A DNA stretch of 64,000 nucleotides from Hormiphora californensis (Eukaryota; Animalia; Ctenophora): positions 7,626,001-7,690,000 of the forward strand of contig CM035353.1 in NCBI GenBank assembly GCA_020137815.1. The letters are read 5' to 3'. This document shows, one piece after another, positions 50,124-61,802 of the stretch (its first letter is position 1; every line of letters begins with the position of its first letter). Below the pieces are notes generated by a model. That model saw only the letters and a program-made list of their open reading frames with translations, did not search any database and was not told the origin of the DNA. Both the position numbers and the translations under genes were made by a program.

Positions 50124-51617
50124 TATATCAGCAACAATAACTCCCCTTACTGCCCCCTATATCAGCAACAATAACTCCCCTTACTGCCCCCTATATCAGC
50201 AACAATAACTCCCCTTACTGCCCCCTATATCAGCAACAATAACTCCCCTTACTGCCCCCTATATCAGCAACAATAACTCCCCTTACTGCCCCCTATATCA
50301 GCAACAATAACTCCCCTTACTGCCCCCTATATCAGCAACAATAACTCTCCTTACTGCCCCCTATATCAGCAACAATAACTCCCCTTATTGCCTCCTATAT
50401 CAGCAACAATAACTCCCCTTACTGCCCCCTATATCAGCAACAATAACTCCCCTTACTGCCCCTATATCAGCAACAATAACTCCCCTTACTGCCCCCTATA
50501 TCAGCAACAATAACTCCCCTTACTGCCCCCTATATCAGCAACAATAACTCCCCTTACTGCCCCCTATATCAGCAACAATAACTCCCCTTACTGTCCCCTA
50601 TATCAGCAACAATAACTCTCCTTACTGCCCCCTATATCAGCAACAATAACTCCCCTTACTGCCCCCTATATCAGCAACAATAACTCCCCTTACTGCCCCC
50701 TATATCAGCAACAATAACTCCCCTTACTGCCCCCTATATCAGCAACAATAACTCCCCTTACTGCCCCCTATATCAGCAACAATAACTCCCCTTACTGCCC
50801 CCTATATCAGCAACAATAACTCTCCTTACTGCCCCCTATATCAGCAACAATAACTCCCCTTATTGCCTCCTATATCAGCAACAATAACTCCCCTTACTGC
50901 CCCCTATATCAGCAACAATAACTCCCCTTACTGCCCCCTATATCAGCAACAATAACTCCCCTTACTGCCCCCTATATCAGCAACAATAACTCCCCTTACT
51001 GCCCCCTATATCAGCAACAATAACTCCCCTTACTGCCCCCTATATCAGCAACAATAACTCCCCTTACTGTCCCCTATATCAGCAACAATAACTCCCCTTA
51101 CTGCCCCCTATATCAGCAACAATAACTCCCCTTACTGCCCCCTATATCAGCAACAATAACTCCCCTTACTGCCCCCTATATCAGCAACAATAACTCCCCT
51201 TACTGCCCCCTATATCAGCAACAATAACTCCCCTTACTGCCCCCTATATCAGCAACAATAACTCCCCTTACTGCCCCCTATATCAGCAACAATAACTCCC
51301 CTTACTGCCCCCTATATCAGCAACAATAACTCCCCTTACTGCCCCCTATATCAGCAACAATAACTCCCCTTACTGCCCCCTATATCAGCAACAATAACTC
51401 CCCTTACTGCCCCCTATATCAGCAACAATAACTCCCCTTACTGCCCCCTATATCAGCAACAATAACTCCCCTTACTGCCCCCTATATCAGCAACAATAAC
51501 TCCCCTTACTGCCCCCTATATCAGCAACAATAACTCCCCTTACTGCCCCCTATATCAGCAACAATAACTCCCCTTACTGCCCCCTATATCAGCAACATTA
51601 ACTCCCCTCACTGCCTT
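50124..51617. repeat. 34-bp minisatellite (ATCAGCAACAATAACTCCCCTTACTGCCCCCTAT) x44 ending in the CCAR1 acceptor
   Basis: Direct reading. The last variant unit ends CCTCACTGCCTTAG|AATG. Confidence 0.95.
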
Positions 51618-51620
51618 AGA

Positions 51621-54600
51621 ATGTCAACATGGAACTCCGCAGGTCGGAGTGTCCCAGTTACCCCTGATGGTAAGTAAAGTCTTCTTATTACAACACCTCA
51701 AATCCCCATGTTATAACCCCCTGTTACCTGTATCTGACTTCCCCCTGTTATCCTCTTGTATCTGACAGGAAACTACCAGATAACACTCCTCCTCCACCAC
51801 ATAGATAATACCTCTCCCCTACCAGGTAACTACCAGATAACATCAGAAGGGTATATCACCAAGAAGTTTCAGGGATATGGGTGTATTGATAAGAACACTA
51901 TGTTCAACTTCTCTTGTGTTCAAGGTATGTCTATTGTCTAGTGATAGTCTAATGTTTGTCTAGTGATAGTCTAATGTTTGTCTAATGTTTGTCTAATGTC
52001 TGTCTAATGTTTGTCTAATGTCTGTCTAATGTTTGTCTAATGTTTGTCTAGTGTTTGTCTAATGTTTGTCTAAGGTTTGTCTAATGTTTGTCTAATGTCT
52101 GTCTATTGTTTGTCTAATGTTTGTCTAATGTTTGTCTATTGTTTGTCTAATGTTTGTCTAATGTTTGTCTAATGTTTGTCTAATGTTTGTCTATTGTTTG
52201 TCTAATGTTTGTCTATTGTTTGTCTAAGGTTTGTCTAATGTTTGTCTAATGTCTGTCTATTCACCCCTCTTCAGGAACTATTCCCAATGTTGGTGATAAG
52301 GTCAGCTACCAGGCAGAACGTGCCACTGCCGCCTCCTGTTGGAATGCTACCCTGGTTAAAATCATCAAGTTCTCACAGACCCATGAACAGCAGGTAAAGT
52401 TCAGATCAGTAGTAATATTCAGGGTGAGGGTATCACAATGTTACTAAGTGTGATTGGTTAACATGTTCTCCTTCCTTTACAGCAGAAAAGTGTGCCACAA
52501 AGGTTGTCCGGTGGACAGAACACTACCACAAATCAGATCTCTGAACCACCCAAAATGTACCAACAACAACAGCAGCACTACCGCAATTCAACGGTACTAT
52601 AGTTACCTGATTACATGTCAACCGTAGCTGAAGACGTGAAACACAGTGTTCTCGAAAGCTTCTTTCAATTTTTAATTAATATAGTACCATTATATCATTA
52701 TTTATCTCGTGTATTGCTGGTCATATATCACACATACAAAAAACAAAAACAAAAAACAATGCACCAGATCACATTGTCCCATATGACACTGTCAGTAATA
52801 ATATACTCTCAGGAGAGTGGATCCAGGTTCTCTAAAGGTGCTCAACAACAAAAACAACAAAAACAACAGAGAGGTAGTGGTGGTGGTGGTCCATACAACC
52901 TGATGCAGGGACCTGCTACTACTGGAGTGCGATCTCGTCAGGATATGTGGTCATATGGCTCAGCAGGATGTAAGTGTATCGAGGCACGCCGTGGTGTCCT
53001 TGCACACCGCTCTATAATGTGGTTCACGACCCAAAACCAGTCCTGCTGCACACATTATTCATTATCCGTGGAGTTGTCTAACACAATGTGTTCCCAGACC
53101 ATTCTGCTAAACGGCCTCTATTCAATCGGAGATCGAGTGGAACCAGCAGTTCTGGTAGCTCTAGTAGCAGGAGTAGATCACCTGCCAAGAAGAGGAAGAA
53201 GGCACGATACTCAACTCGATTTGCTCGCTTCAATCTGACCAGGTCAGTTCACACTATGTACAGGGTGTCCCATATATTCTCCGGGTCGGTTGGCGAGCTG
53301 TTACGCAAAAACGGTGATAGTTGTGTGAAAACAAACTGCGGGAGTGTGCTGGATTAATTCCTTCCTAACTGATGGCTTTATTTTAAAATTAAATTTCAAA
53401 AGTTCATTTTTCACGAATGAACATTGTTGCCGTTCATTCATGAATTCTGAAATATTGTTTACCTTGAGTAAGTAACTTTTCTTTGGCTCGCAATTATCTT
53501 TCCAATGAGCACCATAAAACTCAAATTGAAGCACCAGGTCACATGACAGTTGAGAAAATGAACATGCATGATTTTGGCTCTTTTTGCGACTTTCAATCGG
53601 CTGTATCACCGCTACCTTATCTTCAATCGTTTTGAAACTTTGGGTGAACATTGGATAAGCAAAGATCTTTGCTCACAAGAAAAATCAAGGTCAAAACTCA
53701 AAGTTCATTTTTAAGTTTCGGTAGTTCATTCCACTCATTCAGGAACCAATAACCCTAAAGTAATGAAAAGTGTTGGATTTTGTTTGGCCCATGTCCTGCA
53801 ATGACAGAGAGGTGTAGTAACGTGTTTCCGAGCTAGTTAGTGGGTGCCATGTGATCATGACGATATCTGACACCTTCGTTGAGCAATAATTAAGATATTT
53901 TCTCAAATTAAAGCATGTGATTCAGGTCTTCTGCGATTGGTATCGTGCAGCAATCTTGAAAGATCTCATAGCACCTCAAAAATGATGAAAAGTTCTATGA
54001 ATTGAGTTGATTTATGCTCAATAAGATTAAAACCGATGCCACATTGAACTCAACGTCCATTTTCGATAATAAATCAACTCATTTCATTGAACTTTTCATC
54101 ATTTTTGAGGTGCTATGAGATCTCTCAAGATTGCTGCACGATACCAATCGCAGAAGACCTGAATCACATGCTTTAATTTAAGAAAATCTCTTAATTATTG
54201 CTCAACGAAGGTGTCAGATATCGTCATGATCACATGGCACCCACTAACTAGCTCGGAAACACGTTACTACACCTCTCTGTCAATGCAGGACATGGGCCAA
54301 AACAAAATCCAACACCTTTCATCACTTTAGGGTTGTTGGTTCCTGAATGAGTGGAATGAACTACCAAAACTTAAAAATGAACTTTGAGTTTTGACCTTGA
54401 TTTTTCTTGTGAGCAAAGATCTTTGCTTATCCAATGTTCACCCAAAGTTTCAAAACGATTGAAGATAAGGTAGCGGTGATACAGCCGATTGAAAGTCGCA
54501 AAAAGAGCCAAAATCATGCATGTTCATTTTCTCAACTGTCATGTGACCTGGTGCTTCAATTTGAGTTTTATGGTGCTCATTGGAAAGATAATTGCGAGCC

Positions 54601-57600
54601 AAAGAAAAGTTACTTACTCAAGGTAAACAATATTTCAGAATTCATGAATGAACGGCAGCAATGTTCGTTCATGAAAAATGAACTTTTGAAATTTAATTTT
54701 AAAACAAAGCCATCAGTTAGGAAGGAATTAATCCAGCACACTCCCGCAGTTTGTTTTCACACAACTATCACCGTTTTTGCATGACAGCTCGCCAACCGAC
54801 CCGGAGAATATATGGGACACCCTGTATACAGCAGGAACTGACCGAATCAGGGAACACTGGTCCCTGATTGGCTGATAACCAGTCACGTGGCCTAAATAAC
54901 GAGTTCTGATTGCAATTGGTTGTTTACTTGTGTCGGTCGGTTCCTACTTGATACTTCCTAGTATACAGTTTACATGATAGTTGTTATGTTATCTTGTTGC
55001 TGAGCTCCATCATGCTCTCTTTTCGGAGCGTGTTCGTCTACACGTTGCGCGTCGCGGGTGCACGAGCTAGCCCGGGTGAGCGAGCTAACAGTGGTGAACT
55101 TCCATGCGATATACTGCATCGCGCGCATGTAATTGCACTATTGTTAGCTTGTTCGCCCGGGTTTGGTACAGCATGCGGCGCGCAAAGGTGAGACGAACAC
55201 GTTCCGAAAATGCAGGATTACACTCCCTCTTACAGGTATTATATTATACATGGAGAAGTGCTGCAGAGGGGACTATCTTCTTTAACAGGTATACAGAATA
55301 CATCACTCTCTCTCTCAATCCTCAATGAATACATTCCACCGCTATATTTATAACACTGCCTCCACTATATTTATAACACTGCCTCCACTATATTTATAAC
55401 ACTGCCTCCGCTATATTTATAACACTGCCTCCACTATATTTATAACACTGCCTCCACTATATTTATAACACTGCCTCCACTATATTTATAACACTGCCTC
55501 CACTATATTTATAACACTGCCTCCACTATATTTATAACACTGTCTCCGCTATATTTATAACACTGCCTCCACTATATTTATAACACTGTCTCCACTATAT
55601 TTATAACACTGTCTCCACTATATTTATAACACTGTGACCTCCACTATATTTATAACACTGTCTCCGCTATATTTATAACACTGCCTCCACTATATTTATA
55701 ACACTGTCTCCACTATATTTATAACACTGTCTCCACTATATTTATAACACTGTGACCTCCACTATATTTATAACACTGTCTCCACTATATTTATAACACT
55801 GTCTCCGCTATATTTATAACACTGCCTCCACTATATTTATAACACTGTCTCCACTATATTTATAACACTGTCTCCACTATATTTATAACACTGTGACCTC
55901 CACTATATTTATAACACTGTCTCCACTATATTTATAACTGATATATTTCAGTTGTTGATTGAAGAAGATAGTTCCACGCTCTCTCCTCTCCTCCTTAGCA
56001 GGATACAACACGCGGTCACACCCTTTAACTGTTTCAGAGATCTGTACAAAAATAAAACATCCCCCTCGCTGTTTTTTAATAGGCCCCCTCTCCCTCTGTA
56101 CTTGTGTACTGCCCAACCCCCGCTATCTACAAATATCCCCCTCCCCCTGACTAATGCCCAACCCCCGCTGTCTACAAATATCCCCCTCCCCCTGACAAAT
56201 ACCCGACCCCAATCATGCTAATGAACACCGTTTCTCAAAACTAACCCGAACCCCCGAAAGGTTCCCCTGTCCCAAAAACACAGAGTTGTCTCCACTTCTT
56301 GAAGCCTATTTGCCCCCAATATTGTATATTTTATCTTGACAGATGTTTGTCGCTCCGCTAATTCTCTAACTCCCTCCCAGGGATAAATTCGATACGCTCA
56401 CCCTACAGAGAGAGTACTCAAACCTCTACATCCCGTCTGATACCAGCCTAGTGATCAGGTAACTAGACAGGGGCTAACTCACCTTAACAACAACAAGAGG
56501 ATCATGTCGGGGGGTGGGGTTGTTAGGTACACTTGTGTTGTCATGTACTGTCAGGAGACTCTGAGATACCTATTTGATTGTTGGTTTGGTAACGTACCGT
56601 CTCTCCCCAGGCACGGGGTACTAAAAGATGGCGGAGTTATCCCCTATACCAATATTGTTCGATACCACGTTATGGAACAACCCGGGGTATGTATATCTCC
56701 TTCCTTACTTTTTACTATTTCTACCGGCAGTAGAAGGCTGTGGGAGACAGTCTGACCAAGACGATCGCTATTCATCTCTCCTGACACCCCCCCCCCATAT
56801 AGGAACCTGTTGTACCTACGGGTAGCAAGACTATGAAATGTAAAGTCCTCCTACTAAAGTCCCTCTCAAAGACCAAACTGTATCACAGTGTACTGAATGA
56901 CAAGAGTGATCACTTCTTTAAACTCCTTCGATTCTGGTGTTGCAACAACGAGAAAGAGATAACTGCATTCGGTTAGTTGCAGTTGATCCCAAAATCTAAA
57001 TCATCCGAAATATTCTGAAATATTTTGGATCATCCGAAATCTTCTGAATCATTTTGCCACATTGATATGTTGTCAAGTTGTATAACTCTTTACAGGAGGT
57101 GGATGGAGTGCTGAGTTAGATGGTAGTGATCCGACAGACAAACAAACCCAGATAAACACTGCTGTTAGGAACGTTAAGAGTCAGCTTGGTATTGACCTCT
57201 CTTACTGCAAGACCTGGTACAAGATCAGTGAGGTATGTTCATCTGTTTGTGACAGGTCCCAATTTTAGTTTTAATCACTGTAATCCCACCTCCAGTCAGT
57301 ACGAACCACTGTAATCCCCTCCAGGTAGTATATCACAGAGTGAGTGATAAGAAGTCTGGAGCAGAGCACGATGAGAGAACAGTGTTGTTCCTTCCCAGTG
57401 TGTGGGACTGCCAGCCTTCTCAGGAGGAGTGGGATCTTGTCAAGGAATTCGTGGTAAGTAGTGACTACTGATACTAGCTGGGACTGAAATTATCTGAAAC
57501 AAAGATTCAATCTTATTCAGAAACCCAAATACGACCCTACAACCGGAGAAAAGATAGAAGACGAAAAGAAAGAGGAGGCAGCTGCAGTAGACAAAGTAAA

Positions 57601-60600
57601 GGATGAGACTAAAGAAGAGACTAAGGATGAGACTAAAGGAGATGCTAAAGAAGAGGAGAAGGCTGAAGAGATGGTAGTTGAGGAAGATAACGGAGAGAAA
57701 ACTGAGAAAGCTGAGGAAGATAATACTGAAGATGTTACTGAAGATGTTACTGAGAACCGTATCAAGAATATGAAGGTACATTTTATTGTGTCATCCCCTG
57801 GTGAGCCTCCCCCTGTCCTAATGTACATATAAAAGTGGAACTATTTAAACCAAAGCTAACTGCTAACTGTTACCAGGTAACTGAGTTACGAGATGAGTTA
57901 GAGAGACGAGGATTGAGCACCAAGGGGTTGAAGATACAGCTAACGGCACGGCTACTGAAGGCTTCCAAGGAGGAGACCCTCAAAAACACCAACTCAGATA
58001 ATGTAACTACTGTTGTAACTTGTAACTTGTGCCACTACATGCTGTATTGTGTCGTCCTGTGCTAACATGACTCGTTACTAGGTAGTGGTAGGGGAGGGAA
58101 CAGTAGGGGTACTGGGTGAGGAGAAGATGAAAGAGTTGGCTGGTAAAATGGGCCTTACCCCTGGTGTAGCGTATGATCTACCGGAGCTGTCCTCCATTGT
58201 ACTTCGTCCAGCAAAGGGTAAATATCACACACCTTCTCAGCAGGAACCGACCGAAACAAGTAAACAACCAATCAGAACTCGTTATTTAGGTCACGTGACT
58301 GGTTATCAGCCAATCAGGGACCAGTATTTCCTGATTCGGTCGGTTCCTGAATATCACACACCTTCTCAATCTTATTACAACTTGTGTGCCCTTCTTACAG
58401 TTAGACAAACTACTGGACCCTACCAAACAACCTTTATACTCCAGGTATTGAGATTGATGATTTCTCTCTCTCCTCTCTACTCGACTACAATAAGTCTGAT
58501 AAGAAGGAACGTGTGTTTGAAGTCTCTATGTTCGCTGAAGTACTCTCCGAGCTATTCCAGGTAATTTCTCGAATGATACCAGAGATATATATCAACCTTT
58601 TGAAGGAACGTGTATTTGAGGTCTCTATGTTCGCTGAAGTACTCTCCGAGTTATTTCAGGTAATTTCTCGGATAATACCAGAGATATATGTATATATCAA
58701 CCTTTAGAAGTAAAGTATTTCTCTCTACTCACTTCCCTCTACTCACTTTTCTATCTTCAGAGGCACTTTGGTTTGTTGATTCTAAAGGCCCTAATAGCAC
58801 TAGAAGGAGGTGATGACGCACTGGGTAGACAGCGTGTTGCCAGTGAGACAGAAGATAACGGTAGGTAACACAAACATTACCAACACACTACTAGTACACA
58901 GTTGTTGACACTGATCGTTACTAGGTAGTCGTTATAATGTACCCCCTTAATCAAGAAATACTGGTCCCTGATTGGCTGATAACTAGTCACGTGACCTAAA
59001 TAACGGGTTCTGATTGGTTGTTTGCTTGTTTCGGTCGGTTCCTGTAATGTACCCCCCTTAATATCAGGTACTGCTAAGGAAGTAGAGAAGAAGAAGGTTG
59101 AGACGTATATCTATCGACCTGATGTGATGCTAGCCTTCCAGTTCTTTGATCGTAACAGGACTGGGTATTTAGAGGATGAGGATCTATTGAACATCATCCA
59201 TAGTACCGGGCTCTCAATTAGTCGGGGTCAAATCATGGTGAGATAATGTACCGGACTCTCAATTAGTCGGGGTCAAATCATGGTGAGATAATGTACCGGG
59301 CTCTCAATTAGTCGGGGTCAAATCATGGTAAGATAATGTACCGGGCTCTCAATTAGTCGGGGTCAGATCATGGTGAGATAATGTACCGGGCTCTCAATTA
59401 GTCGGGGTCAAATCATGGTGAGATAATGTACCGGGCTCTCAATTAGTCGGGGTCAAATCATGGTGAGATAATGTACCGGGCTCTCAATTAGTCGGGGTCA
59501 AATTATGGTGAGATAATGTACCGGGCTCTCAATTAGTCGGGGTCAAATCATGGTGAGATAATGTACCGGGCTCTCAATTAGTCGGGGTCAAATCATGGTG
59601 AGATAATGTACCGGGCTCTCAATTAGTCGGGGTCAGATCATGGTGAGATAATGTACCGGGCTCTCAATTAGTCGGGGTCAAATCATGGTGAGATAATGTA
59701 CCGGGCTCTCAATTAGTCGGGGTCAAATCATGGTGAGATAATGTACCGGGCTCTCAATTAGTCGGGGTCAAATCATGGTGAGATAATGTACCGGGCTCTC
59801 AATTAATCGGGGTCAAATCATGGTGAGATAATGTACCGGGCTCTCAATTAGTCGGGGTCAAATCATGGTAATGCACAGAGTTCATTCTAGTTGTGATACT
59901 CTCCATGTGTTACTAACTCCTCCTCTCTCACTCTCTACTCGAAATATTAACTCCCTCTCTCACTCTCTACTCGAGATAGTAACTCCCTCTCTATTCCAGA
60001 CTATCCTGACGAAGGTACTACACAATAAGAACAAGTTATACTACCGGGGTTTGTGTGAGAGGGCCACTGCGGGGTCAAACAATATGATTCAACAAGAGGG
60101 TGTCTCTCTGAAGGAGATAGAAGAGGTCTTGTTACTGGGCTGTAACTCATCATCATCCTCTTCACCATTGGTTAGTTGATCCTTCCCAGTCCTAGTTGCT
60201 CCCCTAGTTACCCCTCCCCCAGACTCCAGTTGCTCCCCCAACTAGCTCCCCCTAGGTACCCCTCCCCCCAGTTGCTCCCCTAGTTGCCATGTTTGTGTGG
60301 CCCACTTTCATTCCAGATCATTCAAAACACCCCGTACCCCCCAGGTGGATTATGTAGAACCAGAGGAGACAGCAGGACCACCACCAGTTGCACCTGCACC
60401 TGTCAGTGACGATCTTGTGCTAGTCTCAGGTAATATGAACCTCCCTAACATACACCCCTTCTATAGTAACAATGTTATTAACATTAGGGTAAACCGGGGC
60501 AATTCGAACAACCGGGGCAATTCGAACAATGTACTGCCCGTCTCTCACCTAGTTAAGCTATCATAATGACGTCATCCTATCTCCAGAAGAAAACTGCTCG

Positions 60601-61802
60601 TTCGAGCCTGCCCGTTACCACTAAATAAGCTCTAGATCCGGTTTAAGTTGGTCAATTTCCGATTTGAAAAAACCAGCTGAAAGCTAATAATATCAGCTTT
60701 CAGATGGTATAAAAATTATTTAAATATTCGCATGTTTTCATTCCAAATTCTGGTAAATTAAGATTACCGGGGCAATTCGAACAACCGGGGCAATTCAAAC
60801 AGGGGCAATTTGGTTAACACCCGGGCCAATGATGTGCAGTTCTTTGTACCACGTGATCACGCGTGATACCGGGGCAATTCGAACAAGAACGACCAGCGTG
60901 TAGATTGCGTGTAGATTACATTGTTCGAATTGCCCTTACCTCTAACAACACCAGGCGGGTATCTTCTTCTGGTGTTGTGAGGACGTTCACGTGACTCCCA
61001 CGTGACGAAATAAAGCACTCCTATTGGTGTTATCCGAATTGCCCCGGTACCATTTTTTCCGACCAAAATTTTTAAATTAGTTATTTAGTTAACTAAATGA
61101 TGGTCCCTAGAGTTGAAATTTATCTTATTAGAAAGATAAAATAATGAACTTTAATCCTATATAATTTTTTTCATTGTATCTTTTTTTAAATGGGAGTGAG
61201 AACCGATTAAGTAAAAAGTTAACCATTTTGCCCCGGTTTACCCTAACATTAACAACTATCCTGCTACACTGATATACCTCCCTAACATACACCCCTTCTA
61301 TAGTAACAGTGTTATAAACTACTATCTTGTTCAGGTTCCTATGTGATGAGGTCTGAGCTAGCAGAGCTACTCAACAAAGCTATGAAGAAGGTGTCTAGTT
61401 TGGAGGGGAAGATAAAAGAAGTTGAAAAAGAAAATGATAAACTCACTAGAGGTTCGTTTGATGTGCACCACCCCTTTCCCTCCCCCGAGTCAACTGTTGA
61501 AATATCACTAGTATAGGCCCCACTCACTACCCTTTTTATTTACAGATGTAAGAGACTCCAAGGATTCCCAGACGAATTACAATGACCTGGAAAAAGAAGT
61601 GAAAACAAGGAAGCGAGAATTGGAAATCTTGGGGGTGGAAAAGACACGGTCTGAATTGTCGCTTCGAAAACACACCAAGTGTTTGGAGACCGCACGAGAG
61701 GGTCTACAGGGAATATTAGCGGATGTCATCTTAACCTTGGCAAAAAGGGAGGAAGTGAAACAAGAGAGTGACCAAAAGGACAAAGTGAAAGTTGAAAAGT
61801 GA
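51621..61802 (+). CDS. CCAR1: Cell division cycle and apoptosis regulator 1 (CCAR1/DBC1 family), multi-exon
   Basis: S1-like domain (GYITKKFQGYGCID..VQGTIPNVGDKV..WNA; 51826-52390). RYSTRFARFNL..YSNLYIPSD. DBC1 domain (GGWSAELDGSDP..INTAVRNVKSQLGIDLSYCKTW; 57096-57232). SAP domain (MKVTELRDELERRGLSTKGLK). SLLDY..ERVFEVSMFAE. EF-hand (AFQFFDRNRTGYL). C-terminal coiled coil ending in TGA at 61802. Confidence 0.92.
51935..52260. repeat. 11-bp intronic repeat (TCTAATGTTTG)n
   Basis: Direct reading. Confidence 0.9.
53261..54824. mobile_element. 1564-bp palindromic Tc1/mariner-type element, copy B (spacer in opposite orientation to copy A)
   Basis: Same termini, TA TSD and length as copy A. Inserted in a CCAR1 intron. 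Confidence 0.92.
54832..54946 (-). mobile_element. hAT-type MITE, copy 4
   Basis: Reverse-orientation copy with a small internal insertion, 7 bp from the palindromic element. Confidence 0.85.
55020..55210. mobile_element. Small GC-rich inverted-repeat element
   Basis: TTTTCGGAGCGTGTTCGTCT...AGACGAACACGTTCCGAAAA. Confidence 0.5.
55339..55937. repeat. 23-bp minisatellite (CCACTATATTTATAACACTGYCT), ~26 copies
   Basis: Direct reading. Confidence 0.95.
58241..58349 (+). mobile_element. 109-bp hAT-type MITE, copy 5
   Basis: Intact TIRs, flanked by the 19-bp direct repeat AATATCACACACCTTCTCA. Confidence 0.9.
58503..58705 (+). repeat. 99-bp tandem duplication of a CCAR1 exon end plus donor
   Basis: KERVFEVSMFAEVLSELFQ|gtaatt occurs twice in frame, with donors at 58561 and 58660. 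Confidence 0.9.
58949..59044 (-). mobile_element. Truncated hAT-type MITE, copy 6
   Basis: One TIR is lost. Flanked by the ~17-bp direct repeat TAATGTACCCCC(C)TTAAT. Confidence 0.85.
59203..59870 (+). repeat. 45-bp tandem array x15 of a CCAR1 exon end plus donor
   Basis: Unit GTACCGGGCTCTCAATTAGTCGGGGTCAAATCATG|GTGAGATAAT. Donors run from 59238 to 59868. Confidence 0.95.
60487..61243. mobile_element. Non-autonomous DNA transposon (GGGTAAACCGGGGCAA TIRs)
   Basis: Perfect terminal inverted repeat and repeated ACCGGGGCAATTCGAACA motifs. Flanked by TAACATTA on both sides (8-bp or TA-type TSD). Confidence 0.8.

Noticed and set aside
50124-51617. CRISPR-like array (also considered for the 45-, 23- and 21-bp arrays)
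   Set aside because: Units are head-to-tail with no unique spacers, there are no cas genes, and the context is eukaryotic.
46716-54784. Four similar ORFs starting MFTQSFK (87-116 aa)
   Set aside because: They are incidental translations of the palindrome arms. They have no transposase motifs and their lengths differ between copies.
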